NCBI GenBank assembly: GCA_902595755.1
Contig: CACJRF010000003.1
Coordinates: forward strand, 56,580-120,579
Origin: an uncultured Alphaproteobacteria bacterium
Lineage (GTDB): Bacteria > Pseudomonadota > Alphaproteobacteria > Methylaequorales > Methylaequoraceae
DNA length: 64,000 nucleotides
Reading direction: 5' to 3'
The position numbers were made by a program, and so were the translations under genes. The number at the start of each line of letters is the position of its first letter. Position 1 is the stretch's first letter. Shown piece after piece: positions 1-8,242 of the stretch. The notes below the pieces were generated by a model. It did not search any database and was not told the origin of the DNA. It saw only the letters and a list, made by a program, of their open reading frames with translations.

Positions 1-1
1 A

Positions 2-490
2 GACACAACTAATAGTGCTTCAGACACAGCTGCATTAAATGCAGAAGCTGTTGCTGTTAGTGATACGATTGATGATATCGTAACATCATTACGTTTCAAT
101 AACTTAGCTGTACTTGATACTTCTGCAAAAACCTTTAATATCCCAAAAGATGTAGATGGAAATACTACCGCAATTAAAACAACTAATGGAATTACAGCAA
201 CAAATATTACGGATGCTACAGGTTCAAATACTGTAGCAGATACGGCACTAGATGAGATAAAAGAATCCATGGGATTTGTTTCTGGACATTTAAATTCAAT
301 GCTAGCATACAGCGATCTGTCGAGCTCAATAGAAGCAATCGAATTACAGGCAGCTGCACGATTGATGGATACAAAATTTGCTACAGAAACTGCTGAGTTA
401 TTTAAAAATCAATTAATTAGCAAATATGCACATTCAATGATTTCTAAGGGTAATGAGTCTGAAAAAGATAAATTATTAGTAATTATTTAA
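2..490 (+). CDS. fliC: Flagellin-like protein, 3' part (5' end lies outside the window)
   Basis: The frame is open from base 2: DTTNSASDTAALNAEAVAVSDTIDDIVTSLRFNNLAVLD resembles the flagellin ND1 region (D..al..E.....ID.....FNg..lL). The C-terminus ARLMDTKFATETAELFKNQLI resembles SRI.D.D.A.E...l.k.qi. A FliS-like gene follows. Confidence 0.8.
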   Translation, partial: DTTNSASDTAALNAEAVAVSDTIDDIVTSLRFNNLAVLDTSAKTFNIPKDVDGNTTAIKTTNGITATNITDATGSNTVADTALDEIKESMGFVSGHLNSMLAYSDLSSSIEAIELQAAARLMDTKFATETAELFKNQLISKYAHSMISKGNESEKDKLLVII

Positions 491-533
491 CATTTTTTTA
501 TTTGAGACGTTTTAAGTTTAAATTTAAGGAGTT

Positions 534-896
534 ATGGATATGAATACAAATATTAAAAAAAGCACAGAACAATATGAAATCATTTTGAAACTTTATACTG
601 GACTAAATGATAATCTAAAAAAAATTAACCAAAAATTTGCAAAAAATAAAGAAGATAATAGTATTACACAATTAGCTTATAAAATAGATAAAATTGCAGC
701 AGCTCTTCAGCTTTCATTAGATTTTGAAAATAAAGATGCTAAAAAACTTTCAGAGAATTTAAGAGACATATATAGACATATCAGGCTTGCAATGAAACTA
801 ATTTATGAAAACAAAAATTTTAAGCTTTTGAAGTCAGCATCTGACGTATCATTTAGCCTCAAAGATTCATGGGCAAAAATTAGGCCTAGTATTTAG
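534..896 (+). CDS. fliS: FliS-like flagellin export chaperone (copy 1)
   Basis: YEIILKLY...IAAALQLSLDFENKDAKKLSENLRDIY matches the FliS pattern (L..sLd.e....ia.nL..lY). AAGGAG RBS upstream; directly downstream of the flagellin. Confidence 0.7.
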   Translation: MDMNTNIKKSTEQYEIILKLYTGLNDNLKKINQKFAKNKEDNSITQLAYKIDKIAAALQLSLDFENKDAKKLSENLRDIYRHIRLAMKLIYENKNFKLLKSASDVSFSLKDSWAKIRPSI

Positions 897-934
897 TCTT
901 TATAAATTGTTCTCTTTATAATACTATAAGTTTA

Positions 935-2626
935 ATGATAAAGAGAATTACATCAGTTATTATAACTGGGCTATTCGTTGGGACTTTAGTTGCACTCTTG
1001 GTACAATTTTTTTTGTATTCTGTCGATTTTCTTGCAACACTTTTTAGAAAAAACTATGATGAGATAAATTTTGAGGATGATTATTCCTATTTTAGATTTT
1101 TTATTTATTTTTTTGCTATTCCAATATTTATAGGTGTGTTAGTTGGGTTAATAAGAAATCTTAATAAAGATAAGAGATGGCATGGCCCACCTGACGTAAT
1201 CCTTTCAGTCCACCAAGATAATAAAGAACTAAATATAAAATCAGGTTTTTTAACTACAATAGCTTCAATATTATCTATATCCATAGGGAGTTCAGTAGGG
1301 CAATACGGGCCATTGGTTCACTTTGGAGGAACGATTGGTGCAGAAATAAAGAAGCTATTTTCGTTTGCCCCTGATTATAAAATTCTTGTAAGTGCTGGAG
1401 TTGCGTCAGCAATATCTTCAGGGTTCGGTGCTCCACTTGCTGGATTAATTTTTGCTCGTGAAGTAATACTGCGTCATCAGTCTCTTGCCAGTTTCTCCCC
1501 TATACTTTTATCATCAATAATTTCATATGTAATAACAACCAGAGTATTTGATTTCGAACCAGCATTTGAAATTCCTTTTGTGGGAATAAATACATTCGGT
1601 GAAATTATAATTCTAATTTTTGCTGGATTATTTGCAGGAATTTTTGCAAGTTTTTATTCATATCTTTTAACAACTAAAAAACTTAACTTTCTTAACTTTG
1701 GAAATAAGCCTTATTTACTTCCGGCTTATGCAGCTCTTGTATGCGCATTAGTATCAATTAAATTTCCAGAGGTTACAGGGATCGGAGCTGAAACAATTAA
1801 TTCGTTACTAAACTTTGAATTTAATTTAACAACTGCTCTAATATTTTTATTTTTAAAAATCAGTTTAACTACTATGTGCATTAGGATGGGCTTAATTGGA
1901 GGAATATTTGCCCCTGCCCTTTTTATAGGATCTAGTTTAGGAGTTATAACTTTTTACATTGGTTCAGTATTATTTCCGGATATCAATCCAACAATTATTA
2001 TTATTTCTTCAATGGCAGCTTTAGCTAGTTGCATAATAGGAGGTCCAATAGCAAATGTATTAATTGTATTTGAATTGACATCAAATTATGAAGCTGCCTT
2101 ATCATCTGGAATTTGTATCGTAGTGGCAACAATAATTTCATCGCAGCTTATAGGTCAATCAACATTTGATAGACTTCTTAGAGCTAGGTCAATCGATATT
2201 CAAGACGGTAGAGATATCCTTTATCTTAAAAATGTTATGGTTAAGAATATTATAAATAAAGGTTTTCTAAAACTACATGGAAATACAAGCGTTAAAGACG
2301 CTATAGAGATGTTTAAAAAATGTAAATGTAGCGAGGCATACTTTACTAATGAAAAAGATATATTGAAAAATAAAATTTTGTTAATTGATCTGCTTGATTT
2401 GAAAGGTTCTAGTTTGATCAAAGATGTTGCATTGCAGAAATCTATAATTATAAATTCTGATGAAAACCTTATGACTGTGATGGAAAAGTGTAAGGATTTT
2501 GTTGGTGAATCTATACCTGTAACTGACAAAAGTCAAAAATTACTAGGTGTTTTCAGCGAGAATGACCTTTTCATATACTATTCAAAAGCTCAAGAGATTA
2601 GAAAAACTGAAGAAACTAAAGCATAA
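935..2626 (+). CDS. ClC-family chloride channel/transporter with C-terminal CBS pair
   Basis: Multi-TM protein with ClC motifs GQYGP (canonical GREGP), FGAPLAG and GGIFAP, followed by CBS-like domains. Confidence 0.9.
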   Translation: MIKRITSVIITGLFVGTLVALLVQFFLYSVDFLATLFRKNYDEINFEDDYSYFRFFIYFFAIPIFIGVLVGLIRNLNKDKRWHGPPDVILSVHQDNKELNIKSGFLTTIASILSISIGSSVGQYGPLVHFGGTIGAEIKKLFSFAPDYKILVSAGVASAISSGFGAPLAGLIFAREVILRHQSLASFSPILLSSIISYVITTRVFDFEPAFEIPFVGINTFGEIIILIFAGLFAGIFASFYSYLLTTKKLNFLNFGNKPYLLPAYAALVCALVSIKFPEVTGIGAETINSLLNFEFNLTTALIFLFLKISLTTMCIRMGLIGGIFAPALFIGSSLGVITFYIGSVLFPDINPTIIIISSMAALASCIIGGPIANVLIVFELTSNYEAALSSGICIVVATIISSQLIGQSTFDRLLRARSIDIQDGRDILYLKNVMVKNIINKGFLKLHGNTSVKDAIEMFKKCKCSEAYFTNEKDILKNKILLIDLLDLKGSSLIKDVALQKSIIINSDENLMTVMEKCKDFVGESIPVTDKSQKLLGVFSENDLFIYYSKAQEIRKTEETKA

Positions 2627-2960
2627 AGTCGACGTTGTTTCTTTGACTTGAAGAAGAAGTTTTCAATGTTGATATGAAATAATACCGAGTCATTGCTTCA
2701 TTGTGAATATATCTTGGACCGTTATTTGATCTAGATTTTAAATAGGATTCGGTAGAAACCGCACTTGGGGAAAGTTTGGGACTGTAAAGCTTTTTTTTTA
2801 AAAATTCTGCATTCTCTCTACTATATGGGCTAATATTTTGGGTATTTTCAATTGGTTGTGAAATATTTCGATTAACCGTGTGATGTGGCACACCTTTTGC
2901 TAAATTATCTGTATGTTGGTGAACTATTGGATTAACGTAAGTATAATTAGTATTTAACAT
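2616..2960 (-). CDS. Hypothetical protein (114 aa)
   Basis: ORF fills the gap between the ClC gene and fliS2. No recognisable motif. Confidence 0.45.
   Translation of the reverse strand: MLNTNYTYVNPIVHQHTDNLAKGVPHHTVNRNISQPIENTQNISPYSRENAEFLKKKLYSPKLSPSAVSTESYLKSRSNNGPRYIHNEAMTRYYFISTLKTSSSSQRNNVDFML
2886..2901 (+). promoter_or_regulatory. Sigma-54 (-24/-12) promoter for fliS2 and the FliT-like gene
   Basis: TGGCACACCTTTTGCT is a full match to TGGCAC-N5-TTGCW, ending 76 nt before the ATG at 2978. Confidence 0.75.
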
Positions 2961-2977
2961 AATTTAAAGATTAACCT

Positions 2978-3352
2978 ATGAAAAAAAATCTTGCAAAGAA
3001 ATTATATAAAAAAATATCAACAGGTGGTATAGAACATGAAAATCCTTTTGATATTTTTAAGAAAGTTAATTACGAGTTGTTGCGTTCTATGAAGATTGTT
3101 GCGGAAAAAATTAAAGATAATAAGGTAGATGAAACAAGACAAACAAACTTTTGTAGAGCACTCATCATTATTTATACAATACAAACTAGCCTAAACTTTG
3201 ACAAAGATGAGCAAACCTCTGCGGACTTATTTAGATTTTATGAATATTGCAGAACCAAACTGATTAATGGTATGTCTAACTTATCTTATAAAGATATTTA
3301 TAAATCTGTCGTTAGTTTAGATAAGATGTTTGATTTTAAATATATTAACTAA
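2978..3352 (+). CDS. fliS: FliS-like flagellin export chaperone (copy 2)
   Basis: NPFDIF...RALIIIYTIQTSLNFDKDEQTSADLFRFYEYCRTKL matches FliS helices (kA..Ii..L..sLd.e......nL..lY.y....L). Confidence 0.75.
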   Translation: MKKNLAKKLYKKISTGGIEHENPFDIFKKVNYELLRSMKIVAEKIKDNKVDETRQTNFCRALIIIYTIQTSLNFDKDEQTSADLFRFYEYCRTKLINGMSNLSYKDIYKSVVSLDKMFDFKYIN

Positions 3353-3360
3353 GAGGTAAA

Positions 3361-3696
3361 ATGTTATCAGATTTTTTAATAGAAAAAGATGCCAAAAGTG
3401 AATCCCCAGAAATAAGGACTCAAATAAAACGTCTTGAGAATTTAAGCATCTCTATGAGTAATCTTATTGCGAGTGGGAATTCTGATAAAATAATACATTT
3501 AGAGAAAATTAGAAAAAAAATTATAACAGATATAATTAGTACAAAGAGGGTTATTCCAAGTGAACATAAAGACGCATTTAAAAATTTAATTCATTTAAAT
3601 GATAAGATTATTAATGAGATGAAAATGGAAAAAAAAAAAAAACTTCAAAAAATTAATAAACAAATAAAATTTTTCGAATCAACAAAATCTTACTAG
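3361..3696 (+). CDS. FliT-like helical flagellar chaperone
   Basis: LENLSISMSNLIASGNSDKIIHLEKIRKKII resembles the FliT N-terminal pattern (ls..m......g..d....le..R..li). GAGG RBS; lies immediately after fliS as in fliST operons. Confidence 0.5.
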   Translation: MLSDFLIEKDAKSESPEIRTQIKRLENLSISMSNLIASGNSDKIIHLEKIRKKIITDIISTKRVIPSEHKDAFKNLIHLNDKIINEMKMEKKKKLQKINKQIKFFESTKSY

Positions 3697-4211
3697 AATT
3701 TATTATTATCGGGATCAATATAATCACCTAATCTACAGTTGATGCTTGATATGCTCTCCCAAGTATCTATTTGAAAGTTTAAACAAATTATTGAAGAAGT
3801 ATTGTACATACTTGGATGTTTTCTTAAACTAGAATTTGCATTACATAAAAAAAAATTCATAATTTCAATTATTATTGGTTCGTGAGTGATAAGTAAAATA
3901 TTCTTAACATCTTTATTTATATACTTTAATTTTAGTAAAATACTTTCCAGATTCCCATCATATAGATTTCTATCTTCTACTATTTTTAGTTTTTTTTTAT
4001 CAAAAGCTTTATTTAATATTTGAAGTGTTTGTTTTGTTCTTTTCGATGGTGAGGTAAAAATTATATCAAAATAAACTTTTTGTTTTAATAATTCTTTAAC
4101 TACCAAATTTGTTTTAAGAATTCCTTTTTTTGAGATTTCTCTACCAAAATCATCTCCTCCATAACCATGTACATGCGAATCAGCATGTCTCATTATAAAT
4201 AATTTTAACAT
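3693..4211 (-). CDS. sixA: SixA-type phosphohistidine phosphatase
   Basis: LFIMRHADS (RHx motif), SPSKRTKQT and LLITHEP. Confidence 0.85.
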   Translation of the reverse strand: MLKLFIMRHADSHVHGYGGDDFGREISKKGILKTNLVVKELLKQKVYFDIIFTSPSKRTKQTLQILNKAFDKKKLKIVEDRNLYDGNLESILLKLKYINKDVKNILLITHEPIIIEIMNFFLCNANSSLRKHPSMYNTSSIICLNFQIDTWESISSINCRLGDYIDPDNNKF

Positions 4212-4235
4212 AAACTATTCAGTAAAAATTAATTA

Positions 4236-5990
4236 TTATTTTAACCATTCATATTTTTTTTTATAAATATCTAAAATTTTATAGTAATCTTTATATTTAC
4301 TTAAATATTTTTTAGAAACAACTTCTTTAATTTGATGTTTAGAAGCTGTAAGAGAAAAAAAGTTTTTTTCTTTCGATTCTGAAGGTTTTTTTTTATTTTT
4401 AATATCTAAAAAATTAAATAATTTGCTAATCTCTATTTTTTCATTTTTTACTAGCTTGGAATGATTAATCTCAAATGTTATATCTTTATATTTTTTTTTC
4501 TGTTTTTTCATCAAAATGAAATACTGCTCAACATATTCTAATATATTTTCAAGATGGAATGACCAAGGTAGTTCGGAAAAATTCTGTTTAAATATTGCTA
4601 TTATATTTTCTTTGATATCTCTTGTAGAATGGATAAATTTTGCCTTAGGAAAAATATCTATTATTAAATCCATATATGTAAAATTAGGTAATGTTTTATC
4701 ACAAAATGTGGGGAATTCATTCAAGCTATTAAAATTTCTACAATATAATTTATAAAGAGATTCCTTAACATCACTTACATCTGTTTTATTTAAAAACATA
4801 TTAATCAAACTAGATTCCTCACAGCAAAAAATAGAATAAGAATTACAAATAATTTTTTGAACAAGTGTAGATCCAGATCTGGGCAAACCTATAATAAAAA
4901 TAGGTGAGACGGTTGAATTTCTAAATTTAGTAAGATTATTTTTACTCATAAACTTAATTTGTTTTTTATATCTATAAAGTGGCATATTATATTTTAAGAT
5001 TCTTGCCTTTGAAGGGGGAGAAAGATACTTTTTTTTAAAGGCCGCATTCTTGATATAATTTAAAATTCTGATTTCCTCCATTATTCTTTTCTCAAACTCC
5101 ATTTTTTTGGATAAAACAAATCCATAACATTGAAAATCATAGTAATGCATTACTCTCTTTTCAAAATCTGCATTTAAATTGTAGTTGAACTCAGCATCTA
5201 TGTATTTTTGTTTTATTTGTTTTAGATCAAGATGATCATTTGATAGCACACCCAAATTGATCTTTGCATATTCCTTATTAATAAAACTACATTTATCTAT
5301 AAATTTTATTATTTTATCCTTATCATACAAAGTTGAAATAAATTTGTATTCGATTGTTTTAAGAAAATTTTTATGATCAGTTTGTTTCTTTAATTTTTTT
5401 AACTCTTTCAACCCTTTTTGTGGATCATCTCTGAGAAATGAGAGTAAATAAGATTCTATCAATGATGGTTCTTTATAATTTGTAATTAATCTTCTTAAAA
5501 TTGAACGTCCCTCATAAAACTCTGCATATAAATACATTTTATTTAATGCTAACCTTTCATAGCCTCTGTAATAATTAGGAAAGTATTCGATGGATAATGA
5601 AGTTAATTTATTCGCGGACTTATAATCTAAAAGAATATTTGACGAAAGTTTTGACAGTTCCACAAAAATATCTTTACATGACTTAAAATCAAATAAACTA
5701 TGCTTTCTTATAAATTCTTGAACAATATTACTAGCTGTTTCCAGTTCCCCTAATAATATATGATTTAAAATTTTATGAAGTATTAATTTACATGAAAAAT
5801 TGTTTATTTTAATACAGGTATCCAGAAATTCTAAGGATAATTTATATTGATGTGTATTTTTAGCAATTAACGCTAAGCTAAATATTGAATTGATATCTTT
5901 TGGATTATCGTTTAACTTTACCTGCAAAATTTGAATATTATTATTTATTTTATTTTCATATGAGTGTTTTAATTGCTCGTAATAATTCAT
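4236..5990 (-). CDS. TPR-like repeat protein with C-terminal PAPS-dependent sulfotransferase domain
   Basis: Helical-repeat N-terminus, then PIFIIGLPRSGSTLV (5'-PSB loop), DKTLPNF and IFPKAKFIHSTRD. Confidence 0.85.
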   Translation of the reverse strand: MNYYEQLKHSYENKINNNIQILQVKLNDNPKDINSIFSLALIAKNTHQYKLSLEFLDTCIKINNFSCKLILHKILNHILLGELETASNIVQEFIRKHSLFDFKSCKDIFVELSKLSSNILLDYKSANKLTSLSIEYFPNYYRGYERLALNKMYLYAEFYEGRSILRRLITNYKEPSLIESYLLSFLRDDPQKGLKELKKLKKQTDHKNFLKTIEYKFISTLYDKDKIIKFIDKCSFINKEYAKINLGVLSNDHLDLKQIKQKYIDAEFNYNLNADFEKRVMHYYDFQCYGFVLSKKMEFEKRIMEEIRILNYIKNAAFKKKYLSPPSKARILKYNMPLYRYKKQIKFMSKNNLTKFRNSTVSPIFIIGLPRSGSTLVQKIICNSYSIFCCEESSLINMFLNKTDVSDVKESLYKLYCRNFNSLNEFPTFCDKTLPNFTYMDLIIDIFPKAKFIHSTRDIKENIIAIFKQNFSELPWSFHLENILEYVEQYFILMKKQKKKYKDITFEINHSKLVKNEKIEISKLFNFLDIKNKKKPSESKEKNFFSLTASKHQIKEVVSKKYLSKYKDYYKILDIYKKKYEWLK

Positions 5991-6031
5991 GACTATTATG
6001 TGTTTTAAATTAGTTAAGTTAAATAGTAGAA

Positions 6032-6047
6032 TGCGATTTATATGCCA
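6032..6047 (-). promoter_or_regulatory. Sigma-54-like promoter for the TPR-sulfotransferase and sixA
   Basis: Minus strand reads TGGCATATAAATCGCA (GG-N10-GC), ending 41 nt before the ATG at 5990. It overlaps the start codon of the divergent HAD gene. Confidence 0.55.
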
Positions 6048-6725
6048 AAAGATATCAAAAATATAAAATTAGTAATTTTTGATGTTAATGAGACTATGTT
6101 TTCATTAGCTAATATTAACTACCTATTTAAAAATTTTGGTCTTCCTCCCAATACATCAGATCTCTGGTTCGCAAATGTACTTAAAGAGGGGTTTGCGTGT
6201 TCTTCACATGGTAGCTTCTGTAGCTTTATTGATATTGGTGCAAATGAATTAAAAAAATTATTTTTAAAGTTTGAATTGAAATATAAAAAAACTCATTTTA
6301 ACATGTTACTTAACGAACTTTCTAATTTGAATATTCATCACGATGTAGCAGAGTCTATTAAAATTCTTCATAAATATGGTTTAAAAATTGTAACACTTAC
6401 CAATGGCTCAAAAAGCAATACACTTAAACTAATTAAAAAAAATAATATGTCTAAATATATAAATAGATGTTTTTCTATTGATGAAATTAAATTATGGAAA
6501 CCAAATAAAAAAATTTACCTGCATGTTTGTAATAAGATGAGTTTTTCGTCATCAGATGCTATGATGATAGCTGCGCATGCTTGGGATGTAAGTGGAGCGA
6601 AAAATGCTGGATTGAAAACTGCCTACATTACTAGGTATGAGAAAATACTTGGAAGCATTTACCCAAAACCAGACATAGTTGCACAAGACTGTCTATCTGT
6701 AATTAACAGAATTAAATTTAATTAA
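6042..6725 (+). CDS. Haloacid dehalogenase type II
   Basis: VIFDVNETM, LTNG, WKP..IY and AAHAWDVSGAKNAG motifs. Confidence 0.9.
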   Translation: MPKDIKNIKLVIFDVNETMFSLANINYLFKNFGLPPNTSDLWFANVLKEGFACSSHGSFCSFIDIGANELKKLFLKFELKYKKTHFNMLLNELSNLNIHHDVAESIKILHKYGLKIVTLTNGSKSNTLKLIKKNNMSKYINRCFSIDEIKLWKPNKKIYLHVCNKMSFSSSDAMMIAAHAWDVSGAKNAGLKTAYITRYEKILGSIYPKPDIVAQDCLSVINRIKFN

Positions 6726-7272
6726 TTTTCCATTTTATACTACAACCTGCACTCGAAGACTGTTCCTTCGGTCCTTCACCAGTTTTGGATATTTTTATCA
6801 TTGCATTAAGTAGGTCATTTGTTTTACCAATAAACTGTAAGTTATTCATTAAGCCTAGTCGCCCCCTGTAGTTGAGTTTATTATCTGAATTAAATCCAAA
6901 AAAGTCTGGGGTACAAACTGCGCCGAAGTTTTTACTTACTTCTTGAGTTTTGTCAATTAGATAAGGAAATTTAAATTGGTGTTTTGTTGAAAAAAAATTC
7001 ATATTTTCAAAGCTATCTTCTGGATATTTTTCTGCGTCATTTGGCATAATTGCTATTGATTTAATATTAAACTTTTCTAATTCATTTGTCGTTTCAACAA
7101 TTTTATCAATTATCGCTTTTACGTAAGGACAGTGATTACAAATAAACATAATTAATGTTCCTGACTTACCAACTAAGTCCCTACTTTTCAAAACTGTTCC
7201 ATCTATATTCATTAACTCAAAGGAAGGCATTACTTTTTCTTGATCACAAATCGGCGAATTTAATAATACCAT
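6718..7272 (-). CDS. Thioredoxin-family (AhpC/TSA-like) protein
   Basis: MFICNHCPYV, AVCTPDFF and GCSIKWK. Confidence 0.9.
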   Translation of the reverse strand: MVLLNSPICDQEKVMPSFELMNIDGTVLKSRDLVGKSGTLIMFICNHCPYVKAIIDKIVETTNELEKFNIKSIAIMPNDAEKYPEDSFENMNFFSTKHQFKFPYLIDKTQEVSKNFGAVCTPDFFGFNSDNKLNYRGRLGLMNNLQFIGKTNDLLNAMIKISKTGEGPKEQSSSAGCSIKWKIN

Positions 7273-7688
7273 TAGTTTTCTCCTAGTAAATGAACAAGAA
7301 CTTCTCTTTTTTTACTCGATGTTCTATGCTCAAGCAAGTAAATAGCCTGCCATGTTCCTAATATAATCTTTTTATCTTTTAAACTCAAAGAAATATGAGT
7401 TTGTGTTAACAGGGATTTTAAGTGTGCTGGCATATCGTCAGGCCCTTCTGTACTGTGAAAATAATTTCCTTCAGGCGCGATTTTTTTGAGGAAAACTGAA
7501 ATATCTCTTAAAACATTTAGATCCGCATTTTCCTGAATCATTAATGAACAACTTGTGTGAAGTATACTTAAATTGAGAAGTCCATTTTTAATCTCATATC
7601 TATTAATTAAATTGTAAATATCCTGCGTTATATCTATAATTTCACTTGGAGATGTATTAACAATTAATTTTTTTAAAACTTGTAACAT
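7272..7688 (-). CDS. yjbQ: YjbQ/UPF0047 family protein
   Basis: HTSCSLMIQEN, EGPDDMPAHLKS and LGTWQAIYLLEHR. Confidence 0.9.
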   Translation of the reverse strand: MLQVLKKLIVNTSPSEIIDITQDIYNLINRYEIKNGLLNLSILHTSCSLMIQENADLNVLRDISVFLKKIAPEGNYFHSTEGPDDMPAHLKSLLTQTHISLSLKDKKIILGTWQAIYLLEHRTSSKKREVLVHLLGEN

Positions 7689-7738
7689 TTAGTACACTAT
7701 ATTAATCTATCATACTAGGAAATGAAGGAGAATCTAAA

Positions 7739-7837
7739 ATGGCTAAAGATAAAGTAAAAATCGATCCAAGTAAAGTAAAGCAAGTAGACCTAAAAAGTGT
7801 TTTCTCTAAAGTTTTGGATAAATTAAAATCTAAATAA
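7739..7837 (+). CDS. Lys-rich microprotein, 32 aa (not in the ORF track)
   Basis: MAKDKVKIDPSKVKQVDLKSVFSKVLDKLKSK*, with an AAGGAG RBS at 7725-7730, 8 nt before the ATG. Confidence 0.6.
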   Translation: MAKDKVKIDPSKVKQVDLKSVFSKVLDKLKSK

Positions 7838-7843
7838 TACCCA

Positions 7844-7984
7844 ATGAAAAAGATCTGGATTGAGTGCCAAAAATGTGGCTCAATTTTCTGGGTTTTTTCA
7901 GATGAGGTAAAATCAGTCTACCCAAAAAGTTCGTTGAACTACCAAATATGTTCCGGTTGTGAATCAAAACTAGATGATCGGTGA
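7844..7984 (+). CDS. Zinc-ribbon microprotein, 46 aa (not in the ORF track)
   Basis: MKKIWIECQKCGSIFWVFSDEVKSVYPKSSLNYQICSGCESKLDDR* has two CxxC pairs. Its stop codon abuts the next ATG at 7985. Confidence 0.7.
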   Translation: MKKIWIECQKCGSIFWVFSDEVKSVYPKSSLNYQICSGCESKLDDR

Positions 7985-8242
7985 ATGATAATTGAATATT
8001 TTGAGGATCTAAAAAGTCAAATAGGACTTTATTTTATCATAATAAAAATTATTTTTTATTTTATTATTGGTGCCTTAATTATTTATGTCTTAAAGAAAAT
8101 ATCAAATTTATTTAGTTTTTTTTTTAGATTTCTTAAAAAGGATTCATTAAAAAAAAATATTTATTTAATTTTTCAAACTATTATGTTCATAATCATCTCA
8201 ATATTTATTGGCTGGTTTGTAATTTATTTATATTTTAAATGA
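7985..8242 (+). CDS. Small two-TM membrane protein
   Basis: Two hydrophobic stretches; ATGA overlap with the next gene. Confidence 0.55.
   Translation: MIIEYFEDLKSQIGLYFIIIKIIFYFIIGALIIYVLKKISNLFSFFFRFLKKDSLKKNIYLIFQTIMFIIISIFIGWFVIYLYFK

Noticed and set aside
491..2977. CtrA boxes (TTAA-N7-TTAA) near the fliS genes
   Set aside because: The TTAA pairs I checked have 6- or 8-nt spacing, and TTAA is abundant by chance here.
3629..3642. A14 tract in the FliT-like gene as a phase-variation switch
   Set aside because: It is in frame (EKKKK), and long A/T runs are frequent throughout this AT-rich window.
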